A stretch of 64,000 nucleotides of DNA from an uncultured Acidobacteriota bacterium (GTDB taxonomy: Bacteria; Acidobacteriota; UBA6911): the NCBI GenBank assembly GCA_963747985.1, contig CAVVHG010000014.1:17149-81148 (forward strand), written 5' to 3'. The notes under the pieces are model-generated. The model was given only the letters and a program-made list of their open reading frames with translations. It did no database searches and was not told the origin of the DNA. Both the position numbers and the translations under genes were made by a program. This document shows positions 22,520 through 33,674 of this stretch, piece after piece. Position 1 is the stretch's first letter. The number at the start of each line of letters is the position of its first letter.

Positions 22520-24100
22520 ATGAACCGGGATGAACAGATCGGTCGGATCCGGGACCGCTCCGGGCCATGGGACATCCTGGTCATCGGCGGGGGCGCGACC
22601 GGGGCCGGGATCGCCGCAGATGCAGCCTCACGCGGCCTCGACGTCGTCCTCGTCGACCTGAGCGATTTCGGCAAGGGGACGTCGAGCCGGAGCACGAAAC
22701 TCGTACACGGTGGGGTAAGGTACCTGGAGCAAGGCAACATATCGCTGGTAATGGAGGCTTTGAAGGAGCGGGGCATTCTGCGCGAGAACGCGCCACACCT
22801 GGTGCGCGACCTTGCCTTCATCGTCCCAAGCTACGAATGGTGGGAAGCCCCCTTCTACGGAATCGGGCTGCGGCTGTACGACCTGCTGGCCGGCAAGTAT
22901 GGATTCGGGCCTTCGAGAAATCTCACGCGCGACGAAACCCTCGAACGCATCCCGACGCTGAAGACGGAGGGATTGCGCGGAGGGGTGATCTACTACGACG
23001 GCCAGTTCGACGACGCCCGGCTGCTGATCAATCTGGTCCAGACTGCTTTCGAGCAGGGGGCGACACTCGTCAACTATTGTCCGGTGGTGGCATTGACCCG
23101 AGGCGCGGACGGCTTCATCACCGGCGCGATCGCGCGCGACGAAGAGCAGGGAGAGGAGCTCGAGATCAGGGCCAGATCGGTCGTCAACGCCACGGGCCCG
23201 TTCGCCGACCAGGTCAGGCGGATCGCGGATCCCGGTGCTTCGCCGCTCCTGGCGCCCAGCCAGGGCATTCACCTCGTGCTTGATCGATCGTTCCTGCCCG
23301 GGGAGGATGCGATTATGGTGCCGCACACAGCCGACGGCCGCGTCATGTTCGCTATCCCTTGGCACGGACACACCCTCGTGGGCACCACGGATACGCCGAT
23401 CAACGAGGTATCGCTCGAGCCTAGGCCGCTTCAGGAGGAAATCGACTTCATTCTGGACACGGCGTCACGGTACCTGCATCGTGCCCCGGGACCTCATGAC
23501 ATCCTTTCCGCTTTTGCGGGGATCCGGCCGCTGGTCATGGCGGGCGAAGGAAAGAACACCGCCTCACTCTCGCGCGACCACGTCATTCACGTCGACCAGA
23601 ACGGCCTGCTGACGATCGTCGGGGGAAAGTGGACCACGTATCGCAGCATGGCCGAGGACTGCGTCAATCACGCGGTGATGCTCGGGTCGCTCGACGAGCG
23701 CCCCTGCGGCACGAGGCACCTGAAGATTCACGGTTATCACCGGAATGCGGAGAAGTTCGGGAACCTGGCAGTCTACGGAACCGACGCGGTCGCGATCCAG
23801 GCACTGACGCGCGCTCACCCCGAGCTGGGCAGGCAACTGCACCCGGACCTGCCCTACTGTGCCGCGGAGGTTGTGTGGGCGGCACGCGCCGAGATGGCAA
23901 GGACACTGGAGGATGCGCTGTCGCGGCGGACTCGGGCGCTGCTGCTTAATGCCCGTGCAGCGACGGAGATGGCTCCCCGCGCCGCTGCGCTGATGGCCGC
24001 CGAGCTTGGGCGTGGCGGGGACTGGATCGCCGGGCAGATCGGGAGCTTCACCCGGCTGTCTGAGAATTATCTGCCGGCCTCCGCCGATGCGCATCGATGA
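22520..24100 (+). CDS. glpD: FAD-dependent glycerol-3-phosphate dehydrogenase/oxidase
   Basis: IGGGATGAG, GTSSRSTKLVHGGVRYLE, DGQFDDARL, VGGKWTTYR, RRTR. Confidence 0.93.
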   Translation: MNRDEQIGRIRDRSGPWDILVIGGGATGAGIAADAASRGLDVVLVDLSDFGKGTSSRSTKLVHGGVRYLEQGNISLVMEALKERGILRENAPHLVRDLAFIVPSYEWWEAPFYGIGLRLYDLLAGKYGFGPSRNLTRDETLERIPTLKTEGLRGGVIYYDGQFDDARLLINLVQTAFEQGATLVNYCPVVALTRGADGFITGAIARDEEQGEELEIRARSVVNATGPFADQVRRIADPGASPLLAPSQGIHLVLDRSFLPGEDAIMVPHTADGRVMFAIPWHGHTLVGTTDTPINEVSLEPRPLQEEIDFILDTASRYLHRAPGPHDILSAFAGIRPLVMAGEGKNTASLSRDHVIHVDQNGLLTIVGGKWTTYRSMAEDCVNHAVMLGSLDERPCGTRHLKIHGYHRNAEKFGNLAVYGTDAVAIQALTRAHPELGRQLHPDLPYCAAEVVWAARAEMARTLEDALSRRTRALLLNARAATEMAPRAAALMAAELGRGGDWIAGQIGSFTRLSENYLPASADAHR

Positions 24101-24133
24101 GAGGCGCGCATCGGCGTCGGCCTGCCGCATCTG

Positions 24134-25537
24134 CTACTTCTTGCTGCCCTGAACCTCTATCAGCAACTCGGCGGCTGCAACATCAGGCAACTCTTTCACC
24201 TTCGCCGTCACGGAGTCAGGCCCAGGCTGCGATCCGGACTTGATAGTCACCCTGTAGACAGCCACACCCTGACCCAGTTCCCGATGTACAGCAGGTTCCA
24301 CAAGTCCGCCGGTACTGACCAGGTCAACAGTCAGCAGTGCCTTCTGTGGCGGCATAACGAGGAGGACAACATCCCGGGTGTCGTTTGTGCCCATCTTGAT
24401 GTGGTCCGGGGCGAAGGCTATGCGGACAGCCGCACCGGGCTGTTCGTTGTCCTCGTCGGAATACATCCCGACACGGACTGTTGCAGTCGCCGTGTCCCCC
24501 GACGCGAGCTTGGCCGTGATCGTCGCCTGGCCGGTCGCGTCGCCCTTGACCGTGAAATCGGCGGTCTTGGATCCCGCCGGGATCGTGATCGAGCTCGCAC
24601 CAAGCGTTATCGCATTGTCCGGGTCCGTCTCTTCCAGTGTAACCGCAACATCGGCAGTCGCCGTCTCGCGAAGCTTCACGGTGAAGATAGCTTCCTGCCC
24701 GATCTTGATCTTGCGCTCGTCGGGCTTGATCTCAAGGGCTCCGACCACGGTGATTTCTTTAGCCGTGATCGAATAATCCGTGTTCAGCTTCCCCATCACC
24801 TCGACGAACGACCCGATCTGCAGGTCGCCATGAACCTCAGTGTCGGAGTTCTGGATGACGATCTGGTTGGCCGGCGGCGTGCTTTCGACCGCGATGGTAA
24901 TCGTACGATCGGGAGCTTCGCCCTCGGAGGCTGTCACTTCACCCTCGAACCGGACCATCCCATGCTTCTTCTCTTTAGAGACCAGTTGTATGGCCGTTGC
25001 CGTCCAGGTCGGTCCGGATATTGCGCCATCGATCTGCACATTCGAGCCTATCTTCAGAACAGGCCCCCATTCGGTCTTAAGGTCACCTGTCACTTCGATC
25101 GTGATGCCGAGAAGAGCGACGAGCATCTTATCAGGGTCTTCTGAGGGAGGAAGGTCCGTGATGTGTCCCCGGATCGAGAATCCGCTGTCGGGCAATTCCG
25201 TGATTACCTCGACGCGCGAGGCCAGGATACCGCCGGACGAGAACTTACCGTCCACTCGGATGATGTCCTCTTTCTTGAGGTCGGCCATCGTGAGTTGGTC
25301 CTCACCTTTGCGGATTTCCGTGCTGGAATTCACGAGCACCCGCAGGTCGGTCGCGTCGACATCGACCAAGAGGGATCCGCCGCCGTCGCCATTCGGCATG
25401 ACCTCGGTTATTGTTCCTGTGAACTCGAGTTCGTTGTTATTCAGGACCTGCGCTGCGGCCACTCCGGCCATGGCCCCGGAAAGCAGCAAGGTACAGATCG
25501 CAATCTTGAGGAATCGTTCGCTTTTCATTGCAGACAT
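24134..25537 (-). CDS. Exported protein with three DUF5666-like domains and two Ig-like modules
   Basis: Signal peptide; three repeats of EFxGxIT...LKxGxxVxVxG...AxxI; C-terminal beta-rich ATITA/ADFTV modules. Confidence 0.7.
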   Translation of the reverse strand: MSAMKSERFLKIAICTLLLSGAMAGVAAAQVLNNNELEFTGTITEVMPNGDGGGSLLVDVDATDLRVLVNSSTEIRKGEDQLTMADLKKEDIIRVDGKFSSGGILASRVEVITELPDSGFSIRGHITDLPPSEDPDKMLVALLGITIEVTGDLKTEWGPVLKIGSNVQIDGAISGPTWTATAIQLVSKEKKHGMVRFEGEVTASEGEAPDRTITIAVESTPPANQIVIQNSDTEVHGDLQIGSFVEVMGKLNTDYSITAKEITVVGALEIKPDERKIKIGQEAIFTVKLRETATADVAVTLEETDPDNAITLGASSITIPAGSKTADFTVKGDATGQATITAKLASGDTATATVRVGMYSDEDNEQPGAAVRIAFAPDHIKMGTNDTRDVVLLVMPPQKALLTVDLVSTGGLVEPAVHRELGQGVAVYRVTIKSGSQPGPDSVTAKVKELPDVAAAELLIEVQGSKK

Positions 25538-25759
25538 CTCCCGAAAGGCGGCGCCACCCAGATGACACGGATGCCCGAACCGCTGCCACCGTCGATGGTC
25601 GCCAGAGCTAAAGTGAGGGGATGTTTAATTATAACCGAATCGCCTCTCCCCACAACATGAAATTCGATCCGGTCCGGCCCGTGGATGCAGATTGAACACC
25701 AACTCTGCCTGCGATAAGGTGACGATTGACACCAGAACGCAGGATGCAAGGAGCGTGGG

Positions 25760-26275
25760 ATGGAATTCCTGGAGATTGCAGGGCGGCGTCGGTCGATTCG
25801 CGAATTCGCCGACCGCCCTCTGGAAGAGGAAAAGCTTCAGCGGATCCTGGAGGTTGTCAGCCTGGCGCCATCGGCGGGGAACCTGCAGGCGCACGAGATT
25901 TACGTCGTCATGGACCTGCAAAAGAAGAAGGCGCTGGCAAAGGCTTCCCTGGGCCAGGAGTTCGTGGCGGCCGCACCGGTTGTCCTGGTGTTCTGCGCCC
26001 GCCCCGAGCGCAGTGCCGGCCGCTACGGTGAGCGCGGCCGGCGCCTCTACTCGCTTCAGGACGCCACCATCGCCTGCACATATGCCATGTTGGCCGTGAC
26101 CGACCTGGGTCTGGCGACGGTATGGGTCGGGGCCTTCGGCGACAGCGCGGTCAGCAGCGCCCTCGGGCTTCCCGCCGAGTTGCAGCCCGTAGCCCTGCTC
26201 CCGATCGGCTACGCCGCGGAGCAGCCGGCGGCTACCTCACGACGGCCCTTGAACGACCTTGTGCACTGGCTGTAG
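25760..26275 (+). CDS. Nitroreductase family flavoprotein
   Basis: RRRSIREF, LAPSAGNLQ, LGLATVWVGAF, LLPIGY. Confidence 0.92.
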   Translation: MEFLEIAGRRRSIREFADRPLEEEKLQRILEVVSLAPSAGNLQAHEIYVVMDLQKKKALAKASLGQEFVAAAPVVLVFCARPERSAGRYGERGRRLYSLQDATIACTYAMLAVTDLGLATVWVGAFGDSAVSSALGLPAELQPVALLPIGYAAEQPAATSRRPLNDLVHWL

Positions 26276-26299
26276 CGGCATTCCGGGGATTGGGACCGT

Positions 26300-27118
26300 C
26301 TACCTCGGGGCCGCGGTGTAGTCCACCTCGGAGCCGAGCACACTGTGGGGAATCATGAAGACAGCCAGGGTGACGAAGGCGGCCGCCAGAACCCAGCCTT
26401 TCGCCGGAGGATTCCGGCGCGCGCGCCAGAGCGCTAGTCCCCAAAGAGCCGTACAGAGGAAAGTCTTATTGTCGGTCAGGTCCTTTCCCATCGGCCACCC
26501 GGTCCAATAGGCGTCGAATGCGTATTTCTGGACGACCGGTCCGAGAGCCAACCCCCCCAGGATGAGCAGGATGAAGGTGTAAAGCGACAGCCGGTAGACT
26601 CTCTCTCCTGACAGCAGCACATCCAGACCGGCCCTGTTCGAGAAAAGCATGGCGGCAAACATAAGCACGATGTGAGGGACCATCACTATGGCCGGAACCG
26701 ATCCCCGGAACCTGATTTGGACAGGCGCGGGTGTGAGCGGCGTATTCGTCCCGTCCTTCCCAACGAGCTCTATGCGGTACATGACCTTCCCGGCGAGAGG
26801 CTGGTGAGGAATCCGGCCTGCCAGGTAACCGCCGTCCCGCTCCATAGCGACCGAGGTCCACGGATCGTTGCTCGGGAAACGACGCAGCTGCAACGTGCCC
26901 CCGGAGACCTGCTCCGGGACGAGCAGACGGATCTCCTCGTCTCCATCTCCGGCATGGGATCGGTTCAGCCTGAACTTCACCTGTGACCCTCCGATCGACA
27001 CCTTGCCGAAGACGGGCCAGGTCGGGCCGGTGACCCTCTGGTACAGGGCTGCCGAGAGCGTAATTACCAGCGCGAGCACCCAAAGCATCCATGTTTTGAC
27101 TGCGGGTCGAGCCATCAA
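26300..27118 (-). CDS. Conserved hypothetical membrane protein
   Basis: One N-terminal TM (YQRVTGPTWP), a soluble beta domain, about four C-terminal TMs with QKYAFDAYWTGWP and DLTDNKT. Confidence 0.75.
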   Translation of the reverse strand: MMARPAVKTWMLWVLALVITLSAALYQRVTGPTWPVFGKVSIGGSQVKFRLNRSHAGDGDEEIRLLVPEQVSGGTLQLRRFPSNDPWTSVAMERDGGYLAGRIPHQPLAGKVMYRIELVGKDGTNTPLTPAPVQIRFRGSVPAIVMVPHIVLMFAAMLFSNRAGLDVLLSGERVYRLSLYTFILLILGGLALGPVVQKYAFDAYWTGWPMGKDLTDNKTFLCTALWGLALWRARRNPPAKGWVLAAAFVTLAVFMIPHSVLGSEVDYTAAPR

Positions 27119-27394
27119 TTCCTCCGGGCGAACGTGAATTCTATCTTCCCGCCAGGACCCGGAAAAGACCGAATCGCGCGGTTCTCCGAGTCATGCACTG
27201 AAACCGGCCGACAGGTATTCACTGAGAATCCGCTTACGGGTGGTTCCGAATTCGGCTCGAGTCGGTTAGACTAGCCGGATGCGGCAATCGAATGGTTCGG
27301 CCCGCCTGGTTGGGCAGGTCTTCATCCCCATCAACGCTTCGTTGCAGTCGGATGAGCCGCGCCGCATGACACTCTGCCAGATTGTGAGGCGACC

Positions 27395-28375
27395 GTGACG
27401 ACTGAATCCTCAGCTGTGAAGAATGCCGGCCGTAGCATCCGGATCGGGATATCGTCCTGCCTTCTGGGCGAGCAGGTTCGCTACGACGGCGGGCATAAAC
27501 ACGACCGTTTCCTCACGAACACCCTCGGGCAATACTTCGAATGGGTTCCCGTCTGCCCCGAGGTCGAGCTGGGACTGGGGGTACCGCGCGAGACCATTCG
27601 CCTGGTGCAGATTGACGGGGGCGTCGGCCTGGTGATGCAAAAGAGCGGGCGCGACCTTGGTGAAGAGATGCGCGATTACGCGAGGGCTCGTGTCCGCCGG
27701 CTGGCGAAGGAGGACCTGGGCGGTTACATTCTAAAGAGCGATTCGCCAAGCTGCGGCATGGTGCGGGTCCGCGTATATGCCCCCAGTGGAATGCCCACGA
27801 GGAACGGCACGGGATTCTTCGCACGGGAGCTGCTGGAATATTGCCCTGACCTGCCCATCGAAGAAGAGGGTAGACTGTCCGATCCTCACCTCCGGGAAAA
27901 CTGGATCGAGCGCGTATTTGCATACCGCCGCCTGCGTACGCTCTGGGAAGCACGCTGGACCCTCAAGGACCTCGTATCGTTCCACACGGCCCACAAGCTG
28001 ATCCTGCTTGCTCACTCTCCGAAAGCCTACAAGGAGCTCGGGCAACTGGTCGCCGGAGCCAAGGGCGTTTCCAGGCAGGAGCTGAAGCGGCGCTACCAGA
28101 CGGAGTTCATGGCCGCACTGAAAATCCTTGCCACCAAGGGGAGGCAGGCCAACGTCCTTCAACATATGTCCGGCTATTTCAAGAAGCGGCTGGACGAGGC
28201 TTCACGGCGGGAACTCCTCGATTACGTCGAGGACTACCGCCGGGGCTTCCTGCCCCTGATCGTCCCGGTGACGCTTCTGAAACACTACGTCCGGCGTTTC
28301 GGCGAACCCTACCTGGACGGCCAGATCTATCTCAATCCGCATCCCAAGGAACTCGCGCTTCGCAACCACGTATAA
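27395..28375 (+). CDS. ybgA: DUF523/DUF1722 protein (YbgA; 2-thiouracil desulfurase-like N-terminus)
   Basis: GISSCLLGEQVRYDGGHK, PVCPEVELGLGVPRE, SDSPSCG, FHTAHK, YLNPHPKEL. Confidence 0.92.
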   Translation: MTTESSAVKNAGRSIRIGISSCLLGEQVRYDGGHKHDRFLTNTLGQYFEWVPVCPEVELGLGVPRETIRLVQIDGGVGLVMQKSGRDLGEEMRDYARARVRRLAKEDLGGYILKSDSPSCGMVRVRVYAPSGMPTRNGTGFFARELLEYCPDLPIEEEGRLSDPHLRENWIERVFAYRRLRTLWEARWTLKDLVSFHTAHKLILLAHSPKAYKELGQLVAGAKGVSRQELKRRYQTEFMAALKILATKGRQANVLQHMSGYFKKRLDEASRRELLDYVEDYRRGFLPLIVPVTLLKHYVRRFGEPYLDGQIYLNPHPKELALRNHV

Positions 28376-28387
28376 TTGAAAAATTGG

Positions 28388-28412
28388 AATTTCAGGGTCA
28401 GACCCTGAAATT
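28388..28412. repeat. Perfect 25-bp palindrome with GGGTCAGACCC core (REP-like or operator)
   Basis: AATTTCAGGGTC-A-GACCCTGAAATT, 12-bp perfect arms in an AT-rich spacer. Confidence 0.7.
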
Positions 28413-28431
28413 GAAATTTCGGAGGTGCGGC

Positions 28432-29568
28432 ATGCGGTGGTCATTCACAATTGCTCGCGTTGCCGGAATCGAAATCAAGATTCATGCCACGTTCTTCCTC
28501 ATCCTCCTGCTGGGCGCAATCCAGTGGGGAGGCCCGAACGGCTTCATGGGATCTTTCTTCGGCATCCTGCTCATGGCCCTGCTCTTTTTCTGCGTTGTCC
28601 TGCACGAACTCGGCCACAGCCTTGTGGCCAAGTATTTCGGCCTGCCGGTGAGCGAAATCATCCTGTTGCCGATAGGCGGCGTCTCCAGAATGGAGAAGAA
28701 TCCCCAGAAACCGCTGCACGAACTCCTGCTCGCGATTGCAGGGCCGCTGGTAAACGTAGTCATCGCGGGAGTGCTGGTTGTTGCCGCGGGGGCCTCGGGC
28801 ACCCTCAGCAGCCTGAATGCGAAGGGCCTGGTGAGCGGCCAGCCGCTCTCACCGTCTCCGTCGGTGCTGCTGGGCTGGCTGCTCGCGGCCAACGTGACGC
28901 TCGCGCTCTTCAATCTGGTGCCCGCCTTCCCGATGGACGGCGGCCGGGCATTGAGGGCGATCCTCTGGATGTGGGTCGGTTTCACCAAGGCGACGCAGAT
29001 CGCATCCGCCTTCGGCCAACTGCTTGCGTTCGCCTTCGGCCTCTACGCGGTCTTGAGCGGGCACTTCCTCCTCGCCTTGATAGCACTCTTCATCTACCTG
29101 GGAGCGGGCCAGGAATGGACTGAAGAGCGGGCCCGCACGGTGCTCACCACCTTCAAGTTGGGGGACGCCTACAACAAGCACGCCCTGACCGTCAGTCCTG
29201 GCGACCAGGTCAGTGAGGTCGTGCACTTCCTCCTGACAAGCTATCAGCCGGACTTCGCGGTGATGCAGGGGAATTCACTGCTCGGCGTGGTAACCAGGGA
29301 GGATGTCCTGAAGACCCTGGCGACAGAGACCGAGGATGTCTATGTCACCAGCATCATGCGCAGGGAGGTGCCCCGGTTTCAGGCTTCGATGCACCTGGAC
29401 GAGGTCCGCCGCGCAATGGTGGAAAACGGGATAAAGGTTGCGGCCGTGTACGAAGGAGACAAGTATCTGGGATTGATCAGCCAGGACGATCTCAACGAAG
29501 CGGTTCTGATCGCCACCTTCATGAAGGAGCAGGAACGAAGGCGACAGGCTCAGTCGCAGCCGGGATAG
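28432..29568 (+). CDS. Site-2 (M50) intramembrane metalloprotease with tandem CBS domains
   Basis: HELGH zinc motif, NLVPAFPMDGG, C-terminal CBS pair; GGAGG RBS. Confidence 0.94.
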   Translation: MRWSFTIARVAGIEIKIHATFFLILLLGAIQWGGPNGFMGSFFGILLMALLFFCVVLHELGHSLVAKYFGLPVSEIILLPIGGVSRMEKNPQKPLHELLLAIAGPLVNVVIAGVLVVAAGASGTLSSLNAKGLVSGQPLSPSPSVLLGWLLAANVTLALFNLVPAFPMDGGRALRAILWMWVGFTKATQIASAFGQLLAFAFGLYAVLSGHFLLALIALFIYLGAGQEWTEERARTVLTTFKLGDAYNKHALTVSPGDQVSEVVHFLLTSYQPDFAVMQGNSLLGVVTREDVLKTLATETEDVYVTSIMRREVPRFQASMHLDEVRRAMVENGIKVAAVYEGDKYLGLISQDDLNEAVLIATFMKEQERRRQAQSQPG

Positions 29569-29734
29569 GCGCAACAACGGCCGGCGCAGGGAGCCGTGTT
29601 CCGTCGGAGCGGGGCCACTCTCGTTTGACGGGCTGCGACGAATCTCCCGCGCCATTCACCTGCCAATTGAATCCTGTACACGCCGGGCTTCATTTCCGTT
29701 ACTCTCTACACTTCCGTTTTGGCGTGGAGGAAGA

Positions 29735-31194
<1,460 letters not shown>

Positions 31195-31198
<4 letters not shown>

Positions 31199-32112
31199 CC
31201 GCAATGCCAGGATTTCGGATCTTCTATTCGGACAAGTATTGCCTGCCGCTCGGAGAACACGTCTTCCCCGCCGCCAAGTACAGACTGACAAGACAACGCC
31301 TCGTCGAGCAGGCCGTCTGCGTCGAGGCCGATTTTGTTGAGCCGGATCGCGCGCTCGACGAAGAGATCGCGCTCGTCCATACCCTTGAGTATATGCACAA
31401 GCTGAAACGCGGAAGGTTCAGCGGCGCAGAGATCGCGCGCATGGAAGTGCCCTACTCGGCTTCACTTGTCGAGGCGTTCCGGCTTGCTGCCGGCGGAACT
31501 ATCGCCGCATGCCGCCAGGCGCTGCAGGACGCTTGCGCCGTGACTCTGTGTGGCGGATTCCATCACGCTTTCCCCGACCACGGCGAAGGATTCTGCCTTA
31601 TCAACGATGTCGCAGTCGCTATCCGGACGCTTCAGCGTTCCGGCATGATCCGCAGTGCGCTGACGGTGGACTGCGATGTCCACCATGGGAATGGCACTGC
31701 GGAGATCTTTCGCCAGGACCCGTCCGTTTTCACACTGTCGATCCACCAGCGCGACAACTATCCATACATAAAGCCTCCCTCCGATATCGATATCCACTTG
31801 GAGGATGGAACCCACGACGAGGCGTACCTTCTTCGCCTGGGTCAAGGGCTGGCTTCGGCCCTGGGTGGATTCCGCCCTGACCTGATTGTCTATCTCGCAG
31901 GTGCGGATCCGTATGAGCAGGACCAGCTCGGCGGGCTGGCTTTGACTATGGAGGGTCTGAAACGGCGCGATCGTCTCGTCTTCGAGACTGCGAGCAAGTC
32001 AGGCATTCCCGTTGCCGTAACGCTCGCCGGAGGATATGCCCGCAAGGTCGACGATACTGTCACCATCCACATCAACACCGTCAAAGTGGCACAAGAAGTG
32101 TTCGTCGGTTGA
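31195..32112 (+). CDS. Histone deacetylase family (HDAC11-like) amidohydrolase
   Basis: GGFHHA, GFCLINDVA, DCDVHHGNG, GADPYEQDQLG, GGY; 4-bp overlap with the upstream gene. Confidence 0.93.
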
Positions 32113-32251
32113 CTTGCCCGGCGTGCCACCTGTACTCTCCTCCCCTGACCGACCCATGTCTGCGCTGGCGGCGCGGACCCGCTTCGATCCGGCTTCCAAT
32201 GCCGTGGCGCCCTGTGATAAAAAAGCTGACAAACCTCAAAGGAGAGCAAAA

Positions 32252-32788
32252 ATGGCGAGCTTTACTGATCGGATGCTGGGCGCCGCCAAACTCGACGCCC
32301 GCATTTATGAGGAAGTCGAGGCAGACAAAGACGCGACTGGGCAGGCATTGGGAGTGGTAGCAATCTCCAGCATCGCCGCAGGCATCGGCAGCTTCGGTTT
32401 TGGCGGAATCTCGGGAGTGATCTGGGGCTGCGTGGCTTCACTCATCGGCTGGGTGGTGTGGGCTTTTCTGATCTGGCTCATCGGCACCAAGCTGCTTCCG
32501 GAGCCACAGACCAAGTCCGACGTGCCCGAATTGCTCCGCACCACAGGTTTTGCGAGCGCCCCGGGCGTGGTGAGGATCCTCGGCGTCCTCCCGTTTGTCG
32601 GTTTGCTGATCTCCTTCCTGGCCGGGTTGTGGATGCTGGTCGCGATGGTGATCGCGGTCCGCCAGGCACTGGATTACCAGAGCACGGCCAGGGCAATCGG
32701 TGTCTGTATCATCGGCTTCATAGTCAACCTGATTCTGGTCTGGCTCCTCCTCCCCAAGGCGACTCTGACCGGAGGATTCGGAATCTGA
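32252..32788 (+). CDS. Yip1-family membrane protein
   Basis: YEEVEAD, multiple TM helices, RTTGFASAPG, AVRQALDY; AAAGGAG RBS before ATG 32252. Confidence 0.8.
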   Translation: MASFTDRMLGAAKLDARIYEEVEADKDATGQALGVVAISSIAAGIGSFGFGGISGVIWGCVASLIGWVVWAFLIWLIGTKLLPEPQTKSDVPELLRTTGFASAPGVVRILGVLPFVGLLISFLAGLWMLVAMVIAVRQALDYQSTARAIGVCIIGFIVNLILVWLLLPKATLTGGFGI

Positions 32789-32861
32789 GCAAGACGTCGC
32801 AGGATAGCGGGCCCCCCCCGCAAGATCCCGTTGCGACTGTCCGGCCCTGCCGGTCGTTTCA

Positions 32862-33626
32862 TCAAAACGTGGCGAGCCAGCCGCCGTCCACGAAGATTGT
32901 CTGGCCGGTGATGTAATCGGCAGCGGGCGAAGCGAGGAACACAGCCGGCCAGGCGACGTCTTCAGGCGTGCCCCATCGGCCCAAAGGACACCGTTTCGTC
33001 ACCCATGCATCGAATTCCGCGTCCCTCCACAGCGGCTCGGTCAGCTTGGTGGCGATGTAACCGGGAGCGATGGCATTGACGTGGATCCCATGATCCGCCC
33101 AGTCGACGGCGAGGGCCTTGGTAAGTTGCCCAATCCCGCCCTTGGAGGCGGTGTAGGCAGCCGTGGTCCTGCGGGATGCCACCGTCATGAGCGAAGCAAT
33201 ATTGATGATCCTTCCCTCCTGTCCGCAGGCGATGCAATCCCGTGCGAACGCCTGCGACAGGACGAACACAGCCGTCAGGTTTATCGCCAGCGTGTCCTGC
33301 CAATCCTCGAGCGTCAACTCGTGTGCGGGTGCGCGATGCATAACGCCGGCAGCGTTGACCAGCGTGTCGGGGCTGCCGTATCGACCGGCGACACCGCCGT
33401 ACCAGGCGGGGATTTGATCCGTCTGGTGCAGATCGAAAGGAGCAACGGCCACCGACCTGCCGCTCGATCTGAGCTGTGCGGCTGCCCCCTCGAGTTCCGA
33501 TTCGCCCCTTGAGACAAGAATGAGATCAGCACCCGCCTCTGCCATGGCAGTCGCGATTCCCAGCCCGATCCCCTTGCTGGCACCGGTGACCAGCACAAGC
33601 CTGCCGTCCAAACGGAACATATTCAT
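32862..33626 (-). CDS. SDR oxidoreductase, gluconate 5-dehydrogenase/KduD-like
   Basis: TGASKGIG, NAAG, YTASK, VNAIAPGY, GQTIFVDGG. Confidence 0.88.
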   Translation of the reverse strand: MNMFRLDGRLVLVTGASKGIGLGIATAMAEAGADLILVSRGESELEGAAAQLRSSGRSVAVAPFDLHQTDQIPAWYGGVAGRYGSPDTLVNAAGVMHRAPAHELTLEDWQDTLAINLTAVFVLSQAFARDCIACGQEGRIINIASLMTVASRRTTAAYTASKGGIGQLTKALAVDWADHGIHVNAIAPGYIATKLTEPLWRDAEFDAWVTKRCPLGRWGTPEDVAWPAVFLASPAADYITGQTIFVDGGWLATF

Positions 33627-33674
33627 GCGCTCCTCCCCTGTACCTTGATCCTGGTTTGGGGGATATTTTAGGGC

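Noticed and set aside
27119-27394. ncRNA or riboswitch in the divergent spacer
   Set aside because: It contains CTGAGA but no further TPP core, long inverted repeat or other recognisable motif.
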